Origin: Mobula hypostoma
Taxonomy: Eukaryota
Length of the DNA stretch: 64,000 nucleotides
Assembly: GCF_963921235.1 (NCBI RefSeq)
Contig: NC_086097.1
Coordinates: 35,032,001 to 35,096,000, forward strand
Direction of reading: 5' to 3'
Every line of letters begins with the position of its first letter. Position 1 is the first letter of the stretch. Below the pieces are notes generated by a model that saw only the letters and a list, made by a program, of their open reading frames with translations, searched no databases and was not told the origin of the DNA. This document shows, piece by piece, positions 12,568 through 25,664 of this stretch. Both the position numbers and the translations under genes were made by a program.

Positions 12568-12839
12568 CATACATATGGCATGAAATTTGTTGTTTTACAG
12601 CAGCAGTACATTGCAATACATAAGAAAAAATATACATTACAATAAGAATATATTAAAAAAAAATTGAACAGGTATTGCAAAAAGAAAGAGAAAAAGAATT
12701 GTGGTAGTGTTCATGGGTTTATTATCCATTCAGAAATCTGAAGTTGGAGGGGAAGAAATGGTTCCTAAAATGTTGCTCGTGTCCCCTTAGGCTCCTGTAC
12801 CTCCTCCTTGATGGTAGCAATGAGAAGAGGGCATGTCCC

Positions 12840-13030
12840 ATCACTGCCCGTAAGGAGCTTTGCCCATTCTTCTTGTGACCACATGGGTTTCCTCCCACAG
12901 TCCAAAGACGTACCACTTCGTAAATTAATTAGTTATTGAAAATTGTCCTGTGATTAGGCACACACTAAACTGGTAGATTGCTGACGGGCGCTACTTGAAG
13001 GGGCCAAAGAGCCTATTCTCAACAAACAAA
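12840..13030 (+). mobile_element. V-SINE, 5'-truncated
   Basis: TGGGTTTCCTCCCACAGTCCAAAGACGTACC. Confidence 0.7.
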
Positions 13031-14859
13031 TAGATTGGCGATGGATGCTGCCTTTTTGAAGCATTGCCTTTTGAAGGTTTCCTCAGCAGTCTAGTGCCCA
13101 GTATGGAACTGGCTGAGTTTACAACTTTCTGCAACTTTTTCTGTGCAATGGTCCCTCCATACCAAGCAACGATGCAACCAATTAGAATGGTCTCCACGGT
13201 ACATCAGTAGAAGTTGCTAAGAGGCTTTGGTGACATACCAAGTCTCCTCAAGCTTCTAATGAAATACAGCTGCAGTCGTGCCTTTTTTATAATTATATCA
13301 AAACGCTGGGCCCAGGATAGATCTTCAGAAATGTTGACAGCCAGGAATTTGAAACTGCTCACCCTTTCCACTGCTGATCCCTTGATGAGGACTGGTGTCT
13401 GTTCCCTTGAATTCCCCTTCCTGAAGTTCACAAACAATTCTTTCGTTTTATTGGTGTTGATTGCCAGGTTATTATTGCAACAACATTCAACCAGCTGATC
13501 TTTCTCACTCCTGAATACTTCATCATCACCACCTGAAATTCTGCCAACAATAGTTGTATCATCAGCAAATTTACAGATGGTGTTTGAGCTGTGCCTAGCC
13601 ACACAAACACGAGTGTAGAGAGAGTAGAGCAATGTATGCATCATTGAGGTGTGCCAGTGTTGATTGTCATCGAGAAGATGATGTTATTTTCAATCTGCAC
13701 TGACTGTGGTCTCCCAGCAAGGATGTCAAGGATGCAGTTGCAGAGGGAGGTACAGAGGCCCAGGTTTTGGAGCTTGTTGGTTAGAACTGAGGTTATGATT
13801 ATGTTGAGTGCTATGTGGTAATCAATAAACAACAGCCCGATGTCCAGGTGATCCAAAGCTGAGAGGAGATCCAGTGAGGTTGCAGCCACTGTAGACTTAC
13901 TGTGGTGACAGGCAAACTACGTCCAGGTTCCTAATTAGGCAGGAGTTAATTCTGGCCATGACTAACCTCTCAAAGCACTCCATCACATTAGACTTGAGTG
14001 CAACTGGGTGAGAACCTTGATGCGGCTCACTCTGGTCTTCTTGGACACTGGTGTGACTGTTGTCCTTTTGAGGCAAGTGGGAATCTCTGACTACAGCAAT
14101 GAGAGATTGAAGGTATCCTTGAACATTGCCTCCAGTTGGTTGGCATAGGCTTTCAGTGCCTTACCAGGTACACCAACAGGGCCTGATGCCTTGCGAGGGT
14201 GAAAGATGTTCTGATGTTGGCCTCTGAGACAGAAGTTACAGAGTCACCAGATGGTGCAGGGGTTCGCACAGGTATAGATTTATTCTCCCTCTCAAAGGAT
14301 GATAAAAGGGATTGAGCTCATCTAGGAGTGAAACATCACACTCATTCATGATGTTGGGCTTTGGTTTGTAGGAAGTAATGGCCTGCAAACCCTGCCAGAG
14401 CTGATGCACATCTGATTCCATCTCTAACTTCAGTCGGAATTGTTTTTTGGCTCTTAAAATAGCCTTCTGTAGGTCATACCTGGACTTCTTGTATAGTTCT
14501 GGATCAAAGGTCTAGAATGCCACAGCTCTCGCCCTCAACAGTCAATGAATCTCCTGGTTCATCCACAGCTTTAGGTTTGGGTATGTTCTCGAAGGCACAT
14601 TATCTTCCACACAGGTCTCAGTGAAATTGGCGACAACTGTGGCATATTCATTCAGATTCAAAGATGAATCCCTGAATACTGTCCAGTCACAGACTCAAAG
14701 CAGTCCTGTAAGTGCTTCTCCACCTCCCTTGACCAAACTTTCTTGGTCCTCACCACTAGTGATAAGGTCTTTGGTCTTTGCCTAGATGGCAGAAGTACAG
14801 CCAGGTGATCAGACTCCCAAAGTGCGGGCGTAGGATGGCACAGTAAATGTTTCTGATGG

Positions 14860-15460
14860 TGGGGTAATGGTATAACATCCATACTCACATCATTCTACAG
14901 ACGTGCAAGTCGAGAGAATCCTAATGAGCTGCATTACTGCTTAGTACGCAAACTGCTCTGTGGAGAACAGAAGGCCCTATAACAGCTAGTCAAAATTGCC
15001 CAAATCATCACTGGCACCAGCCTAACCGCCATCAAGGACATATATAAAATATATGGCATGAAAGGTGCCAAATAAGGGCATAATAACATCGTGAAGGATC
15101 TCACACACCCTGCTCATGGACTGTTTGTCCCACCCCAAACAGGGAGGAGGCTACATAGCATACACTCTGGGATTACCAGACTCAAAAAAAAGTTATTTTC
15201 CCCAGACAGCAAGTCTGATCAACACCTCCACCCACTAACTCCACCAATACACTATTTCCTGTCAGTTGCCTTATGTACAGTGGAGCACCGCTTTATGGAC
15301 CTACATCAATATATAAAAGCTATTTTATGTATTAATATTTATTCTGAGTGTTTTTAAGTTTTATTATGTTCTTTTGGTTATTTTTTGTGCTGCATCGGAT
15401 GCAGAGTAATAACTAATTTATTCTCCTTACACCTATGTACAGGAAATGACATTAATCTTG
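14860..15460 (+). mobile_element. Rex1-like 3' fragment
   Basis: KDLTHPAHGLF..GRRLHSI; same family as 49695-50870. Confidence 0.75.
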
Positions 15461-17249
15461 AGTCAAGTGTGTTTGCTCCTCTGGTTGCACAGGCGATATG
15501 TTGCTGGGTAATTGTTCAGCAGTTTCTTTAAGCTGGCCTGGATGAAAGCCCCTGCAATGATAGGGAAGGCAACAGGGTGCACTGCTTGTGATAGCTGATC
15601 ATAGTGCTCAACTCCTCCAGTGCCTGCTTGATGTTGCCCTCAAGTGGAATACACACCACCACCAGGACGATGGTGGAAAATTCCCTTGGCCTCTCATTTT
15701 TCCCCTTTCTCCCAAAAAAACTGAATTTCCGCCCAAGAAATAGTGGTGACCCCAGATGATTTACATTTTCTGATAAGACTGAGTTAATAAAATACCAAAA
15801 ATTCAATTGTTTTGTGTGTGTCAATATATTTTTAACATGTTCAATTTTGATAGATTTCATGTTTTTGAGTGCTTGTCGATGTGTCATTCATTGATATTCT
15901 AATTTAACAGGTTTTACCAGTTCTTGGAGCATTTCCATTGGGTTTGCAAGTGGGAGGCTCCATGCCACGTAAGGGGTTTGCAAGTCAGATCAGAGCCAAA
16001 CTCTGTGAGAGATGTTGTCACGAGAAGGGTGGATTTACTAGGGAGGTGATCACTGAGCACAAGAAACACTGCTCCATGCAAGGTATGGTGCAATACTATT
16101 CTTTAATGGGTTACCATGAAAATACTTACATGGTTTAAACTAATTAACATATCTTATGATTCATAATATATTCCCACGGATATGTTATGAAGTAATTACA
16201 TATTTATGAGTAAGCATGGTTTGTGAAGTATTTGTGTAACTTTCAAAACATCCATTGCCCCTGCATATAGTCCTGGATAAGCAAAGTCCTCTTTCAGTTC
16301 CTTCACCAGCCTTCCCGGCTGAACTGTGAACGTATGCTTCCAGAAGATTCTGCTCTGGTACGTGCTGCATCGCAGCATCACCATGTAGTTCTGAGACAGA
16401 ATCTAGTCAGGAGACAGGGGGCAGTGAGGGAGCCATTTGGTATTTGATGGAGGGGTTTGGTATTAATAACTCTGGCAAGTTATTAACTTGCCTGCAGGTC
16501 TCCTAGATCAACATTATACTAATAAGACCATGTCCTCCTGGAAATGCCCCAGGAGACTATTTCCTAAATGTATGAGAAAAAGTATCTTTGTGTCTCCCCA
16601 AAGCAAAACCATATCAGTGGTTCATTGGGGATGGGCAATTCGATGCCTTGGGCTGAATTTCTTCATTAGTATGAGCTGATCCAGAAGGGTTGTGGAGATG
16701 ACTTACTTCAGCTTCAATCAAGGTTTAATTGCAAAACGCTGCTGATAAAAATTGCTAAGCAATTGACTTCAGGAAGATCAGCACATTGCACTCAGCCCCT
16801 GCACAATGGCAAAATGCACCACTGACCAGAGCTGAATTTGTTAAAGGCTGCAGATAGAATTTACATGGACGTTCATGATGCTCAGAACAGAAGGAAAAGC
16901 AGAAAATTGGCACCGACAGGCACCATTTATTGAGGCTTTGGAAGAAATGCTTTACTGGTGGGTTACGGACTCAGGCATCCAAGTGGGAACCCCTCCCACG
17001 TTCCCAACCTCAACTCCATAAAAGGTGGTGATCAAGGAAAACACAGTCATAAATATCAGGAGAAACGGTAGTAAATGAGATGGCAAATTGAAGATTTCTT
17101 CAAATAGACAGCATCACACTATACAAGGTGGATGACCAAAATATCCAGGGCACTAAGAGCTACACAACAACTAGGACAGAACCCTTGTGCAAAATTTCAC
17201 AGGTACCACATTGTAGCAGAGCACAGCATTACTGACAATGAAAATATAA

Positions 17250-17465
17250 TTTAGATGCTGGAGAAATGAAACGAAAATAGAGAATGCAAAAAAATACTCC
17301 CTGTCAGGCAGCACTTGTGGAAGGAGAGCAGAGTTAACATTTATAGTAGGAAATCTTTCTCCTTCAGCAGGGTCTCCAACCCGAACCAATAGCTCTGTTT
17401 CTCATTTCATAGCTGCTAGCTGACTTGCCAAGTATTTCCAGCATTGTTTGTGTTTGTTTCAGATG
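17250..17465. repeat. Old inverted-repeat Penelope-derived element
   Basis: Degenerate arms of the same family around CAGGGTCTCCAACCCGAAC. Confidence 0.55.
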
Positions 17466-17669
17466 CCACCACCAGTACAGGGCACATCATTAACATGTTT
17501 AACATGATTAAAAGTGCTGGAACACATTTTGTTTGGTTAACATTTGAAATAGACAAACTCCCCACTTAATCAAACATTTAATTTGTGCACAACACAGACT
17601 ACAATTCAGAGTGACTGTTTGCCTGTCATTCAAACTTCTATATCCCACCACTATTTCACCACTACGGAA

Positions 17670-18005
17670 AACCCTGGCAATTCTGGACAATGTTTCTCAC
17701 CCCCTGCATGCCACCTTGGCTGAACAGAGGAGAACATTCAGTAATAAGGAAACTGCGCTGCTCCAAAAAGCATTTATATGAGGTCATTCTTCCCCTTGGC
17801 TATCAGGCTCTATAATGAGTCAACCTATTGCTGGAGAAGTGATCTTGAAATCTCTGACGTGTAAATCTTGTTCATCTTATTTTTAAGGTAACTTACTTTT
17901 ATTTTTTCTTAGTTCTCTTCTAATATTTGTATATTTGTGCATTTGTAATGCTACTGTGACACTGTAATTTCCTTTGGGATTAATAAAGTATCTATTCATC
18001 TGTAT
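17670..18005 (+). mobile_element. Rex1-like 3' end
   Basis: Similar to the 3' end of the 19.6-22.9 kb element (TTCCTTTGGGATTAATAAAG tail). Confidence 0.65.
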
Positions 18006-19041
18006 CAGTTAGGTTAAGAAAACAAGGTGAAGGGATGATTCTCAGTTCAGACCTTAGCCAGGGCCATGGTGAACAATATAGATCAAGAGAACACAAAGAA
18101 CCATAGCAGGAATGGATCTTCCTAAAACTGAGGACTATCTTGTTATACACTCACGTGTAAACATCACAATAAACCACCATGACAGATTTTAGCCACACAT
18201 ACGCTTCCTTCTGCTCACTTGGTGCTGCACTTTGACTGGTCACAGGCACATCCACAAACTCAGCAGTGCACAGGAATTAATTTGCAGCAAGTTGCAACCA
18301 TAGGAGAGAAAATTAAAAGACACGCTCATCGTAGAAAAACAATCAGTCTGCAGCCAGATTAACCATCAACCTTCTCCCCAACTAAACCTAGACTTTGAGT
18401 GTAAGGTGATTAATTGTGGGAACTAACAAATTTCCTGCTGATCCAGGACAAATGACTTCAGGTGTGGGAGTAAGGCTGTGTGTTCTCTCAAGAATGCCTC
18501 CTGGTACAATGTGATTAATGAAGAAAATGGGATGGGGGCTCCCCATTAGAAAGAAGGATGTAAAATGTTAGGAACAGCTAGATTTCTGGCAACTTTTCCC
18601 AGATTATTTCTAAATAATGCTCTTAATTCACAATCGGATTTCTCCAAGGATGCCACAGACTTCATAATCTTCTTGACTTCTTTAAAATAAAACATTAACA
18701 TATTCCTGGCAGATTGTTAGCATATTCCTGGCAGACTATTTCAAGATGATGGCAGCCTGGAAAGTGACCAATCACTTACATCATTGTGGTCAAATGTCAC
18801 AAACGAGTTCCACATTGGTGAAATGGAATCCTTCCAGTTCGTGATTGCTAAAGAAAAGTTAACTGGCCTGATACGGCACTATCAATGAGGGAACAGTGAA
18901 TCCCACCATCTGAAAGAAATTGAACGCCTCTCATTTTGCTGCCTGCTGTCCATAAAGGAAGAGGTGAAACAGCTTGAACTAACCAACTCTGCATTAGTCA
19001 CTTTGCGATGGGAACAGGGTGAGAGGCCTTGTGTTTGTGGT

Positions 19042-19279
19042 TATTATGCTTTGTAACTCCAAAACATAAAACTAATCGAAAGAAAAACACAGGGAGACCA
19101 GCAGAAATGAGTACGCTTAGTTTTTACTTTTAGTGAGGTGCGCACATGATGTGGTAGCATCATGATGTATGCCATTTACGTACTTTTACATATAACCCAT
19201 AATGAATTATGTGAACAAATAAAGAATGCTTAATCAAACAATGTATTTACAATATCACTCAAATATTAAGTACACAATA
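19042..19279 (-). mobile_element. Possible solo LTR (~240 bp)
   Basis: Decayed TG..CA-like termini (TATTGTGTA...CATAATA) and LTR-like layout; no clear TSD. Confidence 0.4.
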
Positions 19280-19652
19280 GCTTTCATGGCAGATAGATGT
19301 TTATTTACATTAATGATTGGGCACTACCAAGAACAATGTGACCAGTCATCAGCTAATTGCATTCAGTGCATGAGAGATTAATGGACACTAATTTAGAGTC
19401 AAAATCAGAGGGCACTGAAGACAGGTCTTAAGCCTACCGTACCTATGCCAAATGCAGAGCTCATCCCAATTACCAGTACTTGGCCTATAGACTTGGGAAT
19501 TCAAATACTCATCTTAAATACAGTCACATAGCACAGAAACAGGCCCTTCACCCCAACTGACCAAGATTCCCATCTAACCTAGTAAATTTGCCTACATATT
19601 CCTCCACACCATTTGTCTATCCAATCGCTTTTTAAAGTTATTAATGTACTCT

Positions 19653-22600
19653 GTGCGCATGCGCCGGTTGTGCATGCAACCGGTTATAGTTGCTCCGTAG
19701 TTTCTTACTTTTAAACTTTGTAACTTAGTTATTTGTTGTATTTTTTTTTCTCACGGTAACACGTGCACCCTCTCTAACATGCTGGTAGAGAGAGTTTTGC
19801 TTGTTTTTTTAGCGCTGGAATTAGTTACATTCGGACACATCTCGTTAGCGTGGCAGCAGGGTGGTTGCATTGTGTATTCCAGGGACCAATTGATTACGCT
19901 CATGCCTGCTGGTTTAGCGAACAGAGCAGCGGACATCCCGGCTGAAATCTGGAGGAAAACACACAGAGGATGCAGAGGGGGATTAAAAAGGCGAGGGAAG
20001 AGGACCAGGTCGAGACAACAGAGGCTTTGGAGAAGAGAAGTTATAAGCCATGTCTCCCCTCTCTTATCATGGGAAATGTGAGATCGCTGGGGAATAAAAT
20101 GGACGAACTGACTGCGCTTGTCAGGAGTCAGAGAACATTTCGGGAGAGCAGTGTATGTGCTTCACTGAGACGTGGCTGCACGAGCACATACCCGATCAAA
20201 GCGTTTCCATAGAGGGCTTCCAGACCGTTTGAGCTGACTGGAATTGCACTGAGAGCGGTAAGCGCAAAGGTGGGGGGCTGGTGGTTCTGGTAAATAACGG
20301 ATGGTGCAATCCTGGGCATATTACGATCAAGGAATGGGTCTGTAGCCCGGATATTGAACTTCTTGCTTTTGGACTCCGGCCATATTATTTGCCAAGGGAA
20401 ATCTCGCATGCAATTGTGGTTGTTGTCTACATCCCGACGTCGGCGTGTAACAGCATTTACACCGTCATAGCCAGACTACAAACCCAGCACCCGAGTGCCC
20501 TCATTACTAGCTTGGGTGACTTCAACCAGGTTACCATGGCTAGAACACTGCCCAACTTCACGCAGTATGTGAGCTGTACAACCAGAGGGGAGAGGACTCT
20601 GGATTTGATTTACGCTAACGTTAAGGATGCATACAGCTCCTGTCCCCTCTCCCCACTGGGAAAGTCAGATCACAACCTGGTGCATCTAAAACCCTGCTAC
20701 GTGCCTCTGGTGAAGAGTAAATTTGCAAACCTCGAGGACAGTGAGAAAATGGTCGGAGGAGGCTTATGAGGCGCTCCAGGGTTGTTTTGAGGTGACAGAC
20801 TGGCAGGCACTCTGTGAGCCACATGGAGAGGATATTGATGGGCTCACAGAGTGCATCACTGATTACATCAACTTCTGTGTAGACTGCAATGTTCCAACGA
20901 GAACTGTCCTTTGTTATTCAAATAACAAACCACGGGTGACAAAGGACATTAAGGACATCCTGAACGCTAAAAAGAGGGTGTTTAGAGATGGAAATAAGGA
21001 GGAGCTGAGGGCAATACAGAGGGGCCTGAAAGCCAGGATCAGGGAGGCTAAAGTCAGGTACAGGAGGAAGCTTGAGTGGAAACTCCAGCAGAACAACATG
21101 AGAGAGGTCTGGAGGGGGATGAGGACCATCACTGGGTTCCGGCAAACTAGCAACAGAGGAGCTGAAGGCAGTGTGGACAGGGCCAACGAACTTAACCTGT
21201 TCTTTTAACAGATTTGACAGTGTGGCCCCTGCCCATCCCACACATGAGCCATCTGTTGTCGGCCCCCAACCAACACATATTCCACTCTCCCCTCCTAACC
21301 CTCCTCACAGTCCCCCACCCTGCTCTCATGACTATACCCCTTCCCCACACGAAACCACCATGGTGGGCTTCACAGCTCTACAGGTGAGAAGCCAGCTGAA
21401 ACGTCTCAACCCAAGCAAGGCTGCAGGACTGGATGGTGTCAGTACCAGGGTGCTCAAAGCTTGTGCCCCTCAGCTATGTGGAGTACTTTGCCATGTATTC
21501 AACCTGAGCCTGAGGCTCCGGAGGGTTCCTGTATTGTGGAAGACGTCCTGCCTTGTCCCTGTGCCGAAGACGCCGCGCCCCAGCGGCCTCAATGACTACA
21601 GACCGGTGGCATTGACCTCCCACATCATGAAGACCCTGGAGAGACTTGTTCTGGAGCTGCTCCGGCCTATGGTCAGGCCACACTTAGATCCCCTCCAGTT
21701 CGCCTACCAGCCCCGACTAGGAGTTGAGGATGCCATCATCTTCCTGCTGAACCGTGTCTACGCCCACCTGGACAAGCCAGCGAGCACTGTGAGGGTCATG
21801 TTTTTTGACTTCTCCAGTGCATTCGACACCATCCGCCCTGCTCTGCTGGGGGAGAAGCTGACAGCGATGCAGGTGGATGCTTCCCTGGTATCATGGATTC
21901 TTGATTACCTGACTGGCAGACCACAGTACGTGTGCTTGCAACACTGTGTGTCCGACAGAGTGATCAGCAGCACTGGGGCTCCACAGAGGACTGTCTTGTC
22001 TCCCTTTCTCTTCACCATTTACACCTCGGACTTCAACTACTGCACAGAGTCTTCTCATCTTCAGAAGTTTTCTGATGACTCTGCCATAATTGGATGCATC
22101 AGCAAGGGAGATGAGGCTGAGTACAGGGCTACGGTAGGAAACTTTGTCACATGGTGTGAGCAGAATTATCTGCAGCTTAATGTGAAAAAGACTAAGGAGC
22201 TGGTGGTAGACCTGAGGAGACCTAAGGTACCGGTGACCCCTGTTTCCATCCAGGGGGTCAGTGTGGACATGGTGGAGGATTACAAATACCTGGAGATACG
22301 AATTGACAATAAACTCGACTGGTCAAAGAACACTGAGGCTGTCTACAAGAGGGGTCAGAGCCGTCTCTGTTTCCTGAGGAGACTGAGGTCCTTTAACAGC
22401 TGCCGGACGATGCTGAGGATGTTCTACGAGTCTGTGGTGGCCAGTGCTATCATGTTTGCTGTTGTGTGCTGGGGCAGCAGGCTGAGGGTAGCAGACGCCA
22501 ACAGAATCAACAAACTCATCCGTAAGGCCAGTGATGTTGTGGGGATGGAACTGGACTCTCCGACGGTGGTGTCTGAAAAGAGGATGCTGTCTAAGTTGCA

Positions 22601-22920
22601 TGCCATCTTGGTCAATGTCTCTCATCCACTACATAATGTACTGGGTGGGCATTCAGCTAGAGACTCATTCCACCGAGATGCAACGCAGAGCGTCACAGGA
22701 AGTCATTCCTGCCTGTGGCCATCAAACTTTACAACTCCTCCCTTGGAGGGTCAGACACCCTGAGCCAATAGGCTGGTCCTGGACTTATTTCATAATTTAT
22801 TGGCATAATTTACATATTACTATTTAACTATTTATGGTTCTATTACTATTTATTATTTATGGAGCAACTGTAATGAAAACCAATTTCCCCCGGGATTAAT
22901 AAAATATGACTATGACTATG
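19653..22920 (+). mobile_element. Near full-length Rex1/Babar-like non-LTR retrotransposon (single frameshifted APE-RT ORF)
   Basis: Pieces at 19779-22763: YSRDQL/RGCRGG basic N-terminus; endonuclease GNVRSL, ETWL, GDFN, TLDL, SDH; RT DYRPVALTS, QFAYQ, FFDFSSAF, FSDD. 3' stem-loop TCCCCCGGGA, AATAAA, (TATGAC)3 tail. ACTCT at both ends (19648-19652, 22921-22925). Confidence 0.9.
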
Positions 22921-23304
22921 ACTCTCTGCTGCAACCACTTTTTCTGGCAGCTCATTCCATTTACAACCAACTTTTGGAATGAACTGCCAGAGAAAGTTGC
23001 CCCTCAGGTTCCTATTAGATCTGTCCCCTCACACCATAGCTATGCCCTCTAGTTCTCAATTCCCTGGGGGGAAAAAAGACCATAAAATCATGCCCCTTAT
23101 GATTTTATACACCTGTATAATATCACCCTAATGAACAAAGCCTAATCCTGCTCAACCTTCCTCCATAACTCAGTCCTTCAAGTCCTAGGAACATCCTCAA
23201 CAATCTCCTTTACACTCTTTCCCACTTAATGGCAAATGTGGCCTTGCTAACTTCTTGCAAAACTGCGACAACATCCCAACTTCTATACTCAATGCCTTTA
23301 CTGA

Positions 23305-23730
23305 GGGCCAATGTAGCGTAGTGGTTAGCGTAATGCTATCACAGCGCCAGCTACCCCGGCTGAATTCCCGCGCTGTCGGTGAGGAGGATACATCTTCTCC
23401 CTGTGACCATGTGGGCTCTCCAGTTTTGGGCGCCGCAAAGCAACGATTAGTGCAACGATATTGCAGCTGGGGGCATTCCGGAGTTCAGAGTTCAATCCCG
23501 GTACCATTCTGTAAAGAGTCTCTGCACGACCTCCCCGTGGAATGTGTGGGTTTTTCCTGACTACTCCAGTTTCTTCCCACAGTCCAAAGACATAATGGAT
23601 TGGTTAACTGGTCACTGTTAATTGTCCCGTGATTAGGTTAGGTTAGGACTAATCGAGGTTGTGGGACTTCTGGGGTGGCATGGCACAAAGACTACACGGG
23701 CCTATTGTGCACCGTTCAAATAAACAAACG
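23305..23730 (+). mobile_element. V-SINE with two tandem tRNA-like heads (dimer or nested)
   Basis: Head 1 TAGCGTAGTGGTTAGC..GAATTCCC at ~23313; head 2 ..GAGTTCAATCCC at ~23490, then the V domain. Confidence 0.7.
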
Positions 23731-24009
23731 AACAAAGCCTTCTTCTCCACTCTGTCTTCCTGTGCCTGTGATGCCATTTTCAGGGATCTACGTACTTGTC
23801 CCTCTGTTCTACACTCTCCTCAGGGCTCTACCATTCACTGTGAAGGCCCTGATTTGTCCTCTCAAAATGCAGCACCTGGCACATATCTAAGGTATTAGCT
23901 AGTCCTCAGCCCACTTACCCAGCTGATCAAACCCCTCTGCAAATTGTGATAACCGTACTCTGTATGACACCACCTATTTCAGTGCCATTTGCAAACTTAC
24001 CAACGATAA

Positions 24010-24690
24010 GGGGCAGAACTAGAAATGGTGCAAGACGGCAACTTCTCCCAGCTTATCAGCGAAACAATTAAATTCTTCCTATTCCAATGTCTCTATTTTC
24101 CTTTTCAGGGTTGCTAGATCCTATCGGGTGTTTTCCATCTACAGCAGCACTCAAAGACTGTGGATCTGCACGATGGCGTGTTGCTGTTCTTGGAGCTTGC
24201 TGATTGGCCATATTTCGGCATGTACAGGTTTGGACACCTTCGGGGTCTGAGTGGACCCGCCGTCAAGAATTCTCACCGCTGTCACGTACTGAAGCACAGT
24301 GGGAGCCAGAACATCGAAGACAGTGGGAGTGGCTGTTGGAGGGCTCTGCACTCAGTGGTAGAGGGACTGACTTTTGGATATCGAAATATTGGAGTGAACA
24401 GTTCGTTTTTGATGGACTATAGACCATGGTCTCTCTTTGGGGTCTTTGCTTTTGTTTGCATGGTGGGTGGTGGGAATGCTGATGTTTATGCTGGAATAAG
24501 TGGGGGGAGGGGATGGTTGATGCTGCTTGTGCTTAAGGGGGGGCAGGGGGCTTTGGGGTTCTTATATTTTCTCTATCATTTATTCTTTGGGGGGATTTTC
24601 TTCTGCTTCAAGGACGTCTGCAGAGAGTAAGAATTTCAGGTTGTATATTGTATACATTGTCTGATAATTAAATGGAACTACTGAACTACA
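24010..24690 (+). mobile_element. Non-coding retroposon with Rex1-type 3' tail
   Basis: Interrupts a CR1 relic; ends GAATTTCAGGTTGTATA...GATAATTAAATGGAACTACTGAAC like the Rex1 tails; no RT homology seen. Confidence 0.55.
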
Positions 24691-25664
24691 GCTTTTACAT
24701 TCTTGTCCAAATCATCAATATAGTTGACAAATAGCAATGGGCGTAGCCCTGACCCCTGGAAAACAGCACTAGTTATGCGTCTGTAGTCTGATTTAAAAAA
24801 AATCTTCCACTATCACTCCCTGCTTCCTACCATCAAGCCAAATCTGTATCTAATTAACAAGCTCTCCATGGACCTCATGTGATCTAACTTTCCATAACAG
24901 TCCACGATGTGGAATCTTATCAAAGGCCTTACTGAAGTCTGTATATCTATCTTCATCAGTCCTGTTAGTTACTTCAAAAAAATTCAAATTTAAGAGACAT
25001 GATGTCCCATGCACAAAGCAGTCCCGACTATCCCTAATGAACCCTGACATTCCAAGTGCATCTGTATCTCTTTTCCCTCAGAAATGCTTTGAGTAACTTA
25101 CCTACCACAGAGGTTAGGCTTAGAGGCCTACAGTTCCCAGCATTTTCTTTGCAGTCCTTCTTAAATAAAGGCATAACATTTGCCACCCTCCAAGTCTTCC
25201 AGCACTTCACCCATCACTAACAAAGATTCATACATCTTAGACGGGCTCCATAATTTATTTTCAAGCTTCTCACACTTGCGAAAATCTCTGCCTCCACCGC
25301 CTACTCAGTCAGTCTAAACTTCCTTACCCTTTATTTTAAAACCCATGTCTCTGGTGTTAGATACATTTGCAATGGAGAAAAGTTTCCTTCTAGCTCTGAT
25401 ATACTGTACATCCCTCATCAATTTTTATATCTTAAAATCTTCCTCAGCATCCTTCCCAAATGGAAAATAAACATACCATGTTCAGTCTTTATTACTAAAC
25501 CATTCTGTGCAACATCTGGTGAATCTCCTCTGCGATTTCCCAGTACAATGATATCCTCCCTACTGTGTGGTGTTGAGGAATGTACCCTGTACTCCAGCTG
25601 TGGCCTAACCAATGTTTTAGAAAGTTATAACATAACATAAAATTGCTCTTGTATTCTATCCTTC

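Larger units (their letters stand above)
11733..15690 (-). mobile_element. Decayed Rex1-like LINE (EN to 3' end), interrupted by CR1, V-SINE and another Rex1 fragment
   Basis: Minus-strand pieces ESDHLAV, GTPQ, KFADD, LLPSRRRYRSLR; EN piece VLVVVCIP at ~15650. Confidence 0.8.
19525..25250 (-). mobile_element. Old CR1 RT/3' relic fragmented by Rex1, V-SINE and non-autonomous insertions
   Basis: Pieces at 19525-19652, 22921-23304, 23735-24008 and 24690-25250; DFSKAFDKIPH at ~24920. Confidence 0.7.

Noticed and set aside
21171..22763. 530-aa ORF as a host gene or novel RT system
   Set aside because: It is the RT part of a frameshifted Rex1-like LINE with a LINE tail; no sign of domestication or of a retron/DGR-type context.
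24160..24630. 156-aa hydrophobic ORF as a membrane protein
   Set aside because: Non-ATG start, lies in a G/T-rich retroposon body, no splice or domain support.
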